NCBI GenBank assembly: GCA_964556565.1
Contig: CAZKWF010000002.1
Span: forward strand, 41,499 to 105,498
Source: an uncultured Candidatus Bathyarchaeia archaeon
GTDB lineage: Archaea; Thermoproteota; Bathyarchaeia; Bathyarchaeales; Bathyarchaeaceae
DNA length: 64,000 nucleotides
Reading direction: 5' to 3'
The position numbers and the translations under genes are program-made. Below are positions 8,764-18,334 of this stretch, piece by piece. Below the pieces are notes generated by a model. That model saw nothing but the letters and a program-made list of their open reading frames with translations, made no database searches and was not told the DNA's origin. The first letter of the stretch is position 1. Each line of letters opens with the position of its first letter.

Positions 8764-10382
8764 AAGTTCAACACCTGCTTGCAGCTTTGCTCACGATATT
8801 CATCTTCATGACTCTTGTTGGCGCTGTAACCGCACAAAGACAGTACCATCTTCAACATGAATGGGCAGAAATATGGATTAACCAGGATGGAACGATCGAT
8901 CTGCTGTACGACATAAGCATAACACTCGATTCGGGGGCCAATATCACCTACGTAAACGTTGGTCAACCCAGAAGTGACTTCACAATCGGAACAGCAATGG
9001 ACCAATATGACCACGCACTAACGACAACTGACGTAAGTGAAAGAGATGATTACAAAGTGCGCGTCAACCTCTACGCGCCCTTACCAGCAGGACAAACCAT
9101 AAGGTTCAACCTCACCACCAACGTTGCCCACATGATATGGCAAGACGAGGACAACCCTGGAAACGTGGGGATGCAGTTCATTCCATGTTGGTGGGACTAC
9201 GCCAGCCTACACGAACTTCATGTTTTGATTGTCCTGCCTCTAGGTGTGACTAACCAAACTGTAATATGCACCCCGGACTGGGAGAATGCCTACTACGATC
9301 CAGCTGAGGAGAATAGGCTTGTTTTGTATTGGGAGAGGCACAATCTGCAACCGGGCGAGAAGTTTCCATGTGGCGTGTCCTTCCCTAAAGAATACGTTCA
9401 ACATTATGATGTGCCCCAAAAAGATTGGGGGTGGATTCTCCCAGTTGTCGCATTTCTCTTCATTGCTTTCGGAGCTGGCATTATAGTCTACAAAAGGGTT
9501 CCGCTTAGAAAGTACGTAAATCCTAGTATGCGAATGGAAGCCTTGGGAATAAGACACGGTCTAACAGCTGTAGAAGCCTCCCACCTATTAGGAGTCCCGC
9601 CTACCAAGATCGTCACCGAGATGCTATATAGCCTGTTGATGAAGAAAGCCATCTGGGTCACAGCCACAACTCCAGCCCTGAAACTGAAGGTCATGGAACC
9701 GTTCAAAGACAAAACAGGAACTCCTGAAACACCTCTACGCTATTACGAGAGAAGCTTTATTGAAGCAGTAAAAAGGGACGGAACCCTAGGCGAAGAAAAA
9801 CTTGCAAAAACAGTTATGTTGCTACGCGACACCGTGGAAAAGAAGCTTCGTGGATATTGCCGAGGAGACACTATCACTTACTACAAGAAAGTTGTGGGAG
9901 AAGCATGGGGACAAGTGGAAAAGGCAGGTACCCCCGAACTTGCGTCCAAGGCTTACGACGAAAATCTTCTCTGGCTTCTCCTCCACGAAGGCTTCAGATC
10001 TAGAACCGAAGACGTTTTCCACGAAAAAATGTTTGAACCGGGAATAGGCTGGTGGTGGTACTGGTACGGCTACACCTCTTATAACCCTCATCCAACCTAC
10101 AAACCAAGCCCAACAACAACCCAGCCGAAATCGCCCCCAACCATTCCAGGCGCGGACTTCGCCAACAACATTGCAACATCTGTTGAAAAAACCGCCAATA
10201 ACATAGTTGCAAACGTGGAGAAATTTGCGAACTCCATAGTCCCAGCACCACCCCCATCCGCAAAAACATCTAAAGCACCAGCACACCACAAGTCTAATTG
10301 TGCCTGTGCGTGTGCTGCATGCGCGTGCGTGTGTGCATGTGTTTCCTGTGCGTGTGCTTGTGCCTCAGGAGGCGTAGGTTGA
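8757..10382 (+). CDS. large membrane protein (DUF2207-like layout) ending in a (Cys-Ala)n tail
   Basis: Start at ATG 8757, preceded by GAGGA. Signal/TM N-terminus, an extracytoplasmic domain and a central TM helix. The cytoplasmic part carries a WWWYWYGY patch, ANNIxxxVEK repeats and the terminal CACACAACACVCACVSCACACASGGVG. Confidence 0.6.
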   Translation: MVKVQHLLAALLTIFIFMTLVGAVTAQRQYHLQHEWAEIWINQDGTIDLLYDISITLDSGANITYVNVGQPRSDFTIGTAMDQYDHALTTTDVSERDDYKVRVNLYAPLPAGQTIRFNLTTNVAHMIWQDEDNPGNVGMQFIPCWWDYASLHELHVLIVLPLGVTNQTVICTPDWENAYYDPAEENRLVLYWERHNLQPGEKFPCGVSFPKEYVQHYDVPQKDWGWILPVVAFLFIAFGAGIIVYKRVPLRKYVNPSMRMEALGIRHGLTAVEASHLLGVPPTKIVTEMLYSLLMKKAIWVTATTPALKLKVMEPFKDKTGTPETPLRYYERSFIEAVKRDGTLGEEKLAKTVMLLRDTVEKKLRGYCRGDTITYYKKVVGEAWGQVEKAGTPELASKAYDENLLWLLLHEGFRSRTEDVFHEKMFEPGIGWWWYWYGYTSYNPHPTYKPSPTTTQPKSPPTIPGADFANNIATSVEKTANNIVANVEKFANSIVPAPPPSAKTSKAPAHHKSNCACACAACACVCACVSCACACASGGVG

Positions 10383-10389
10383 AGGAGAA

Positions 10390-11754
10390 ATGATCGTGGG
10401 TATTCTAAGAAAAGTGAAAAGTGTAGTTGGCAAGGCTTCGAAGACTCCAGTTGGGCTATACTCGTATCGTGGTAAGGGAAAATTCGCTGGTCTAGCGCTT
10501 CAACTTCGTGTGGAGGCAAGCGGTGAAGGCTTGCTTGTCATTAACGCGAACACTGTTCTGTATCTGAACGAAACTGCAACAGCTCATGCGTACTTCTTCA
10601 TGCAAGGTATGCTGACAGAAGAAGCTGTGAAGAAAATTAGAAGACTTTACCGAGTTGAGGAGAAAACTGCTCGTAGAGACCATGAACAGATCATTTACAC
10701 AATCAGCACACTTGCTGAGACAGAGGAGGTCTGCCCTGTATCATTCCTTGATGTGGAGCAGGCTGAACCATTCACACAGGAACTAGCTGCCCCAATACGT
10801 ATGGACCTAGCCTTAACGTTTAGGTGCCAAAACGATTGTGTTCACTGTTATACTGGTGGGCCACACAAGACGCCTGAACTAACTACTGACCAGTGGAAAA
10901 AGGTGATGGATCGACTCAAGAAAATAGGCGTTTTCATATTTACATTCACTGGCGGTGAACCAACCCTTCGTGAAGACTTGCCAGAACTTCTGCAGTACGC
11001 ACAGGAAAAGGGAATTGTAACAGGTCTCATCACAAATGGACGTAGGTTAAAAGATAAAAAGTACGTGAAGAGGCTCGTGAATGTAGGGTTGGACTTCATA
11101 CAGATCACGCTTGAGTCGCATGATCCCACGATACATGATTCAATTACGTCCGTGAAGGGAAGTTGGCGAGAGACTGTGGAAGGGATCAAGAACGTAATCC
11201 CCACGCCGATTTACACTACGACAAACACGACCCTCAACAAGTACAATGCGAATAGTTTTATTGAAACCATAAGGTTTCTGCATGGCCTAGGGCTAAAGGT
11301 TTTCGGATGTAACAGCTTGATCTACTCTGGTAGCGCTCCATCAGTAGCCAACGAGTTTGCTCTAACAATCGATGAGTTGAGAAGCCTGTTGCCCAAGATT
11401 CTGATCAAAGCCAATGAACAGGGAATGAAGTTCATGTGGTACACGCCGACTCAATACTGTCAACTTGACCCCGTTAGCTTGGGACTAGGCGTGAAGTCGT
11501 GCACTGCTGCGAGAGTGAACATGTGTGTAGGACCTGAAGGCCAAGTTTACCCATGTCAGAGCTATTTCGAAAGCGTAGGCAATATCCTCAAAGACAGTTG
11601 GAAAAAAATCTGGAATCATCCGCTCTCTCTGAGCCTAAGAGCCAGAAAATACGCCCCAGAAAAATGCAAGGAATGCCCACAACTACCTGTCTGCGGCGGA
11701 GGTTGCCCCTTAGAACTAAAAGAAACAAAATACATATGCGCCGAAACTCAATAA
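10390..11754 (+). CDS. radical SAM/SPASM-domain enzyme with PqqD-like N-terminal (RRE-like) domain
   Basis: CX3CX2C motif (CQNDCVHCY). C-terminal SPASM cysteines (CTAARVNMC..PC...CKECPQLPVCGGGCP). An N-terminal extension of about 130 aa has a PqqD-like pattern. Confidence 0.85.
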   Translation: MIVGILRKVKSVVGKASKTPVGLYSYRGKGKFAGLALQLRVEASGEGLLVINANTVLYLNETATAHAYFFMQGMLTEEAVKKIRRLYRVEEKTARRDHEQIIYTISTLAETEEVCPVSFLDVEQAEPFTQELAAPIRMDLALTFRCQNDCVHCYTGGPHKTPELTTDQWKKVMDRLKKIGVFIFTFTGGEPTLREDLPELLQYAQEKGIVTGLITNGRRLKDKKYVKRLVNVGLDFIQITLESHDPTIHDSITSVKGSWRETVEGIKNVIPTPIYTTTNTTLNKYNANSFIETIRFLHGLGLKVFGCNSLIYSGSAPSVANEFALTIDELRSLLPKILIKANEQGMKFMWYTPTQYCQLDPVSLGLGVKSCTAARVNMCVGPEGQVYPCQSYFESVGNILKDSWKKIWNHPLSLSLRARKYAPEKCKECPQLPVCGGGCPLELKETKYICAETQ

Positions 11755-11800
11755 GCCTATTATCGGTCTTAATGTCGGTTAATAAAACTGGTGTAAAACC

Positions 11801-12835
11801 TTGGGCGTGAATCTACGAGGCTTGGTGCCCAAAACAACAATTGACCTCAAAAATTTGAGTGGAAAGTCCATCGCCATAGACGCTTACAATGCTCTTTACC
11901 AGTTTCTCGCCATCATCCGCCAGCCAGACGGAACCCCCCTCAAAGACTCCACTGGCAAAGTCACCAGCCACCTAAGCGGCTTATTTTACCGAACCGCCAA
12001 CCTTGCCCAAATGGGCATCAAACCCGTCTACGTATTCGACGGAACACCACCAGCACTAAAAGAAGTTGAAATCAAACGGCGAACTAGAATAAAAGAAAAA
12101 GCACTTGTCCATTATGAACGAGCCTTAAAAGAAGGAAAAATTGAAGAAGCACGCACATATGCCCAAGCTACAAGCCGTCTCAAAGACTACATGACAGACG
12201 ATTCGAAACGACTCCTCACCCAAATGGGCGTACCATGGATACAGGCACCCAGCGAAGGCGAAGCACAAGCAGCCTACCTCGCCAAAAAAGGCAACACAGA
12301 CTACTGTGCCAGCCAAGACTACGACAGCCTCTTATTCGGAGCACCTAGACTGGTAAGAAACGTCACCATCAGTGGAAGAAGAAAACTCCCACGAAAAAAC
12401 GTGTACATTGAAGTCACACCCCAGATAGTAGAACTAGACCAAGTTCTCAAACAACTAAACATCACGCACAAGCAACTCATAGACGTCGGCATACTGGTCG
12501 GCACAGACTTCAACCCAGACGGAGTAAAAGGCGTAGGACCGAAAACCGCGGTTAAACTCATCCAACAACACGGAACCCTTGAAAAAGCAGCGTCCACACT
12601 AAAACAGGCCGAGTTTCCAGTCGAACCAAATCGTATACGAGAAATCTTTCAACATCCAAAAGTCACAGACAACTATCACTTAACATGGAAAGAACCAAAT
12701 GTAGAAGGAGTCATAAGCTTTCTGTGTCGCGAACGCGACTTCTCAGAAGATCGCGTGAGAAAAACCCTCAAAAAAATGATAGAAGGCTCGAAAAAGGCAA
12801 AGGGAAAAGTAACCTTAGAAACATTCTTCGGTTAG
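11801..12835 (+). CDS. fen: flap endonuclease 1
   Basis: MGVNLRGLV...IAIDAYNALYQFL N-domain. I-domain QAPSEGEAQAAYL. H3TH and C-terminal PIP-like tail. Confidence 0.9.
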   Translation: MGVNLRGLVPKTTIDLKNLSGKSIAIDAYNALYQFLAIIRQPDGTPLKDSTGKVTSHLSGLFYRTANLAQMGIKPVYVFDGTPPALKEVEIKRRTRIKEKALVHYERALKEGKIEEARTYAQATSRLKDYMTDDSKRLLTQMGVPWIQAPSEGEAQAAYLAKKGNTDYCASQDYDSLLFGAPRLVRNVTISGRRKLPRKNVYIEVTPQIVELDQVLKQLNITHKQLIDVGILVGTDFNPDGVKGVGPKTAVKLIQQHGTLEKAASTLKQAEFPVEPNRIREIFQHPKVTDNYHLTWKEPNVEGVISFLCRERDFSEDRVRKTLKKMIEGSKKAKGKVTLETFFG

Positions 12836-12838
12836 ACT

Positions 12839-13543
12839 CTAAAATCGATGCCCATACTTTCCAGTCAAAGGCACAAACGCAACCCCACCCAAATTCTCCC
12901 GAACAATCTCTCCATCCCTCTTCCTAATACGTAAAAGTGTTTGATAGAGATAAACACCCCCAACCGGAATAACTAAGACTCCACTAGGCTTCAACTGTTC
13001 TATTAACGGTTGAGGAACATCAGGAGCCGCAGCCGTCACCAAAACACGATTATACGGAGCTTCTTTTGAATATCCCTTCGATCCATCTCCACAAATGACG
13101 GTGACACGATCTCCATATCCAGCCTTTTCAACATTTTTTCTCGCAAACTCAGCCAGTCCAGCAACTATTTCCAAAGTGTAAACGTGCCCCCACTCTTCTT
13201 TAGGCGTGTCCGTCGGAGCTACAACCTCAGCTATCGTCGAGGCATGCCAACCCGAACCAGCACCTATCTCCAGCACCCTGTGCCCCACTTCCAACTCAAG
13301 GGCTTCATCCATAATTGAAACCATGTTTCGCCCGGCTGACCACATAGATCAGCCGAGAGGCGCCGAAATGGTCTGCCCAAATCCTATTGGAAGCGGAGAA
13401 TCTATAGTTCCGTAGGACTTCACATTCTCTGGAAGAAAAGGCTCCCGAGAGACTCGACGCAACGCTTGAATAACCTGTGGCGACTGAAGTATTCCTTGCC
13501 CAACTAACCTTTGGACTAACTCCTCCCAAGCCTGTCTTTTCAT
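12839..13543 (-). pseudogene. pcm: protein-L-isoaspartate O-methyltransferase interrupted by an in-frame TGA
   Basis: Two same-frame ORFs (13349-13543 and 12839-13345) together match PIMT (GQTISAP ... LEIGAGSGW ... GGVAFVPL). The TGA at 13349-13351 lies in a segment of about 10 extra codons. Confidence 0.7.
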
Positions 13544-13627
13544 ACTTTGTCCTCACAACAATACTGAAAACCATACCTTAAGAGTTTATGATTGGAAGCG
13601 TCTAGAAGGTTGAAAAAATCGGGCCAA

Positions 13628-15451
13628 CTACTTGACTGTAACTGACTTGGCTAGATTCCTAGGCTGATCTGGGTCACAGTTTCTTTCAACCGCCATGTAA
13701 TACGCGAAGAGTTGCAGTGGTGTAACATAGGGAATCGGCGAAAGAACTTCAGGCATACCCTTCGGTATTTCAATGTAATCGTCAGCGAGGCTTTTGATGT
13801 CCTCGTCTCCCTCCTCAACTACAGCGATAATGGAAGCCCCACGAGCCTTCATCTCCATAATGTTACCCACAATCGTTTTACGCGTGTCATCTTTGGGACA
13901 GACGAAAATCACAGGGAACCCTTGCTCAATCAAACTGATCGGCCCATGCTTGCTCTCTCCAGCTGGATACGCCATAGCAGGAGCATAAGCTATCTCTAAG
14001 AGTTTCAACCTACCTTCGAGAGCAGAGGCAGAGCTTACCCCTCGTCCCAAGAAAAAGAAGCACTGCTTATCTCGATATTTCTTAGCTAACTGCTTGATTT
14101 TCTCTTCTTGAGTTTCAATAACCTTCTCAACGATGTCTGGAATTTGCTCCAGTTTTTCTTCAAGTTGCTCGATCTCCACATGTGAAACCTTTCCCCTCTT
14201 CTTGGCCAGCCTCAACGCAAGCTGAGAGAGAACAGAAAGTTGAGATGTAAAGGTCTTAGTGGCGGCAACCCCTATCTCTGGACCCGACTGTTGACACACG
14301 TAGGCACGAGCAACACGGGTCAAAGTGGATCCAATAACATTGGTTAGTCCTAAAACGGTGGCGGCACGTTGCCTTGCGCATTCAACAGCCTCTAAAGTAT
14401 CAGCGGTTTCTCCGGATTGGCTGACGGCGAGAAGGACGTTGTCGATGTTGATGGCTTTTCCATGTTGCTCAACGAACTCTGATGCAATGATCGGATGGGT
14501 TGCTAGCATTGCAAGCTTGGAAAACATGTAGGAGGCTGCTAGACAAGCGTGATAGGATGTGCCGCACGCCACTAAGAAAACCTCTCCAGCCCGGTCGAGG
14601 AAAGTGGTCATTAGGTCCAAATACTGTTCCTGCAGCCTAAGCGTATTTCTGAGACAAAGCGGCTGCTCATGAATCTCCTTTAGCATGAAATGAGGATATC
14701 CCCGTTTCTTAGCCATCTCGGGATTCCAATCAATGACCTTAGGCTTTCTTGAAACTAGGCTCCCATCAGCGATTTTCCTTATTTCATATCCCTTATCATT
14801 CAAAATAAGTAATTCTCCATCCTCAACAATGATAGTAGCATTCGTTAACGGGAGAAAAGCGGGAATGTCTGATGCGCAGTAAACCGCGTTTTCGACAACT
14901 CCAACAACAAGAGGACTTTCTTTCCGTGCACAAACGATTTTGTTAGGCTCTTTAGCAGAGACAACCGCAATGGCGTACGACCCCTCTAACTGCTCTACAG
15001 CACTGCATACGGCTTCAGCCAAGGCGCGGCCTTTCTTCAACTCTTCTTCAATAATGTGGGAAATGACCTCAGTGTCAGTTTTGGACCGAAAAACATGTCC
15101 ACGTTCTTCTAGTTCCTTCTTGAGCTCTGAGAAGTTTTCGATAATTCCGTTGTGAACAACCGCTATTTGCTCACTGCAGTCGGTGTGGGGGTGCGCGTTT
15201 ACTTCGTATGGTGCGCCGTGAGTAGCCCATCTTGTGTGGCCTATTCCAATTCGTCCTGGAAGATCGTCTAGGTTGTGCATTGCATGAACTTCATCGATTT
15301 TTCCTTGATCCTTCTTTATGAATAGTTTGCCTTCATGGATTGTTACCTCACCCACAGAGTCGTATCCTCGATACTCAAGCCGTTTTAACGCAGCATGAAT
15401 TATGGGTGCCGCATCGCCGTTTTTAAGGACGCATCCGAATATTCCACACAT
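13628..15451 (-). CDS. glmS: glutamine--fructose-6-phosphate aminotransferase (isomerizing)
   Basis: The mature N-terminus MCGIFG fixes the start at 15451. Two SIS domains. C-terminal KSVTVK-type end. Confidence 0.9.
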   Translation of the reverse strand: MCGIFGCVLKNGDAAPIIHAALKRLEYRGYDSVGEVTIHEGKLFIKKDQGKIDEVHAMHNLDDLPGRIGIGHTRWATHGAPYEVNAHPHTDCSEQIAVVHNGIIENFSELKKELEERGHVFRSKTDTEVISHIIEEELKKGRALAEAVCSAVEQLEGSYAIAVVSAKEPNKIVCARKESPLVVGVVENAVYCASDIPAFLPLTNATIIVEDGELLILNDKGYEIRKIADGSLVSRKPKVIDWNPEMAKKRGYPHFMLKEIHEQPLCLRNTLRLQEQYLDLMTTFLDRAGEVFLVACGTSYHACLAASYMFSKLAMLATHPIIASEFVEQHGKAINIDNVLLAVSQSGETADTLEAVECARQRAATVLGLTNVIGSTLTRVARAYVCQQSGPEIGVAATKTFTSQLSVLSQLALRLAKKRGKVSHVEIEQLEEKLEQIPDIVEKVIETQEEKIKQLAKKYRDKQCFFFLGRGVSSASALEGRLKLLEIAYAPAMAYPAGESKHGPISLIEQGFPVIFVCPKDDTRKTIVGNIMEMKARGASIIAVVEEGDEDIKSLADDYIEIPKGMPEVLSPIPYVTPLQLFAYYMAVERNCDPDQPRNLAKSVTVK

Positions 15452-15663
15452 CACCGATTCCTCAAACTTTATCGCATAAATAATGACCAAGTCGAATCTC
15501 TTACAGGCAAGCTCTATTTAGATTAAAGAGGCTTCTATAAGCTTTTTTAGGAAAAAGCTTTTAATTTTAAAACTGAAACCATAAGGGTTTCTAAAGTTTT
15601 GATGTGTTTAGGTCTAAACCACTAAAAAAATGTTTATAAGGGATTTCTTTTAACTAAGCAAAC

Positions 15664-16629
15664 ATGAAGAAAAAGCTGTTACTCACTGGTGAAAAAAAAG
15701 AATACGAAGTGAAGAACATCGCTGTTTTCGAGGATCGCGACAGGCTTAAGGCTGTTTTGAACAAACTCAGCTGGAAAATTCTCGAGATTCTCGGCGAGAA
15801 AGAAATGTATCCAATGGAAATCGCGAAGAAACTGAAGGTGCATGAACAGAAAGTCTATTATCACATCAGAAAGCTTGCAAGAGCCGGCATAATCAAGGTT
15901 GTCAGAGAAGAAGAAAAGAAGGGAGCCATCGCAAAATATTATAAAGCTTCTTTTCCAGCCTTCGGAGTTGAACTTCCATTTGGCAACAGGACAATCAACA
16001 CGGTTTCAATTCCCAGCATGAACGAAAAAATGAAACAGTTCTTCAGTCCGTTCTTACGAGAAGATGGAAGCTTTAACGGAAAGGTTGTGGTTGGAAGCCC
16101 AGACCCGCATGGTCCTTTCAAAGCAAGAGCTAGGGATGGCCATTACGCGTCTTATCTAACGCTTTTCCTCGGTCAATTCGTCAAGTTGCCAGAGGATTTT
16201 GCGGTAAAACTAGATGTGGATGTAAAGGCTGAGAAAGAAGAGGACAACAACTTAATCTTGGTGGGTGGCCCTGGGACAAACTTGATCACCAAAGAGGCTA
16301 ACGAGTTTTTGCCCATACAATTCGATATGATGCCTTCTGAGCACGGATTCCTTTTAGGAGGACTGGTCTCCAAGAAAACTGGAAACGTTTACACCGGCGA
16401 CACTGTAGGAGTTATCTCAAGAATAGTTAACCCTTGGGACAAGGAAAAACGAATAATTGTTCTTGCAGGCAACAAGACTGTTGGAACAAAAGCCTGCGTC
16501 ATAGCACTCACCAAATTCTGGAAAGAAACCCTAAAGAATTTCAGTGGCCAAGACAAGTTCGCAACTTTAATTCAGGGATTTGATCTACACGGCGATGGAA
16601 AAGTAGACTCCATAGAAGTCCTCGAATAG
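15664..16629 (+). CDS. ArsR-like wHTH protein with uncharacterized C-terminal domain
   Basis: LSWKILEILGEKEMYPMEIAKKLKVHEQKVYYHIRKLARAGII is an ArsR/SmtB-type wHTH. The remaining ~220 aa are unassigned. Confidence 0.55.
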   Translation: MKKKLLLTGEKKEYEVKNIAVFEDRDRLKAVLNKLSWKILEILGEKEMYPMEIAKKLKVHEQKVYYHIRKLARAGIIKVVREEEKKGAIAKYYKASFPAFGVELPFGNRTINTVSIPSMNEKMKQFFSPFLREDGSFNGKVVVGSPDPHGPFKARARDGHYASYLTLFLGQFVKLPEDFAVKLDVDVKAEKEEDNNLILVGGPGTNLITKEANEFLPIQFDMMPSEHGFLLGGLVSKKTGNVYTGDTVGVISRIVNPWDKEKRIIVLAGNKTVGTKACVIALTKFWKETLKNFSGQDKFATLIQGFDLHGDGKVDSIEVLE

Positions 16630-16663
16630 TCCTCGTCAAATCAGGAAGGGGAACCGAATTCCA

Positions 16664-17092
16664 ATGAAAACAACCCAAATTATTGATGCATATGGACATG
16701 AGAACATTCGAGCAACTCATGAGACAACATTCGAAATCACAAAGGAATCGACTCTAACGAAGCGTGGCGATTGCGTAATTGCCGTTGGTGCAACAAAGGG
16801 AGCAAAGGACTTGGATTCAGAGTTTGAGGAAGCCATGAAAAGACAAGACGCCCAGATCACTATAACGATCGAGGCTAGCAAAATCCGGGAATTGATCAAG
16901 GCAAGAGGAAGCACTCAACTGTTGTTCACCCACCCAACCGACATGGTAGTGAGAAAAAGCAACTATATTTGTGATCGAACAATAGCCATAAAAGCGAACA
17001 AGGCTGCCAGAGACATTTCTAGGAAACTTATTCAAAAAATACAGAACCCAGATCAAAAAATCAAAATAACGTTCACCGTGGAGAGCTATTGA
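16664..17092 (+). CDS. DUF371-family protein
   Basis: AYGHENIRATHETTFEITKE..LTKRGDCVIAVGA resembles the conserved archaeal DUF371 family. Confidence 0.6.
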   Translation: MKTTQIIDAYGHENIRATHETTFEITKESTLTKRGDCVIAVGATKGAKDLDSEFEEAMKRQDAQITITIEASKIRELIKARGSTQLLFTHPTDMVVRKSNYICDRTIAIKANKAARDISRKLIQKIQNPDQKIKITFTVESY

Positions 17093-18153
17093 ATTTCGGC
17101 ATCCACAACCACTTGAAAAGTATAGGGCGCTGTTGCTCGAACGAGCCGTGCAGACAAGATTTTCTTAATGTTGCGACTGGTCTGCTTCATGGCTTCGATC
17201 AATCGAACCTTCGCGGTTTCCAAGGGTTCGGGCATGCTCGTAAATTCGTAATAATGCACAATGCCGCCCTTAGGCCTGAGGGCTTCGCAAGCCACATCTG
17301 CGTATTCTATCGCCCTTTCAGGCAAGTTCATGATGACTCGATCCGCAATTCCAATCAGTTTTTTATTCACGATCCGCCTGATGTCGCCTAGAAGTGGCGT
17401 AACACTTTTCTCAACGTGGTTCGCTTTGATATTTTTCTTCAAATAGTTCACGGCACCAGGGTTCACGTCGATAGCGTACACTTGAACGTTTTCATGCTTC
17501 TTCGCGATTAGAATAGAGAAGGGTCCAACTCCGGCGAACATATCGATCACCGTTTCGCCGTCCTTGACTTGTGATGCAACCCGGTCGTGCTCATTGGAAA
17601 GCCTGGGTGAAAAATAGGCCTTCGCAAGGTCTACGTAAAACATACAGCCATGCTCCTTATGAACGGTTTCTGTCTTCCCCATGCCCGCTATCGTCTCAAA
17701 CTCTCTCAGACGATACATACCTTCTACAGCGCCGGATTTCGCTAAAACCGTATGTACCCTCTTATGCGCTTTCAGTACAGCTTCTCCAACAGCCTTTTTG
17801 TAAGCCTCAAGTTCTGGAGGAATCTCGATAACTGCTACGTCGCCCACAAAATCCATCGCGTGGGGAAGACTCGCCAGAAGATGGGGGGGCAACTTGTCCT
17901 CTAGCAAGTCAGCAGGCGTGAGTGAACGCTTGGTGTGCCTAGGAAATTTGTGTACGGCGGCTTCACAGTTTGGAAGGCTTCTCTTGAACTCTTTGACATC
18001 GGCTGAAAGAGGTTCCCTGACTAATGGTATGAACAGATGCTCTCCGACTTGCTCAACCTTCAACTCTCGATTAAAAAGGCTAAGCCCTCTAACAAGACGA
18101 ATGGCTTTTTCACCAAAAGCTTTAGGAACCTTTAAGCAAGGCGCTTCCGACAT
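17086..18153 (-). CDS. trm5: tRNA (guanine37-N1)-methyltransferase Trm5/Taw22 family
   Basis: SAM motif [16 protein letters not shown] and the NLPERA catalytic loop are typical of Trm5. Confidence 0.75.
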   Translation of the reverse strand: MSEAPCLKVPKAFGEKAIRLVRGLSLFNRELKVEQVGEHLFIPLVREPLSADVKEFKRSLPNCEAAVHKFPRHTKRSLTPADLLEDKLPPHLLASLPHAMDFVGDVAVIEIPPELEAYKKAVGEAVLKAHKRVHTVLAKSGAVEGMYRLREFETIAGMGKTETVHKEHGCMFYVDLAKAYFSPRLSNEHDRVASQVKDGETVIDMFAGVGPFSILIAKKHENVQVYAIDVNPGAVNYLKKNIKANHVEKSVTPLLGDIRRIVNKKLIGIADRVIMNLPERAIEYADVACEALRPKGGIVHYYEFTSMPEPLETAKVRLIEAMKQTSRNIKKILSARLVRATAPYTFQVVVDAEIQ

Positions 18154-18334
18154 TGTTTACCCCAAAGTATTGAGTAAAAACGCACTTAAATTCATGGAGT
18201 TAGGCAAGGATTAACCATTTAGAACTTGTCGCCTCTAAGAACAAAAGTAACATAACATTAATCTGCAAGGCGTTGCTTTTTGAAGGTGTTTCAGCGGGCG
18301 CACACCCAACATATACTGTTATGAAGGGGCAGAT

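Noticed and set aside
10097-10519. A 140-aa minus-strand ORF with a striking His/Ala/Thr repeat (QAHAQETHAHTHAHAAHAQAQ).
   Set aside because: It is the antisense shadow of the Cys-Ala tail codons (TGY GCN read in reverse). It overlaps two well-supported plus-strand genes and has no independent support.
13349-13351. The in-frame TGA in pcm read as selenocysteine or as a reassigned codon.
   Set aside because: TGA terminates neighbouring genes normally. The position is not a catalytic Cys in PIMT. It sits in a duplicated extra segment, and I could not identify any SECIS-like element. A pseudogene or sequencing error is more parsimonious.
15541-15558. An inverted repeat, GCTTTTT-TAGG-AAAAAGC, between the divergent glmS and the ArsR-like gene.
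   Set aside because: It is short and low-complexity (A/T homopolymers), so it is expected by chance in an AT-rich promoter region. It is not reported as an operator.
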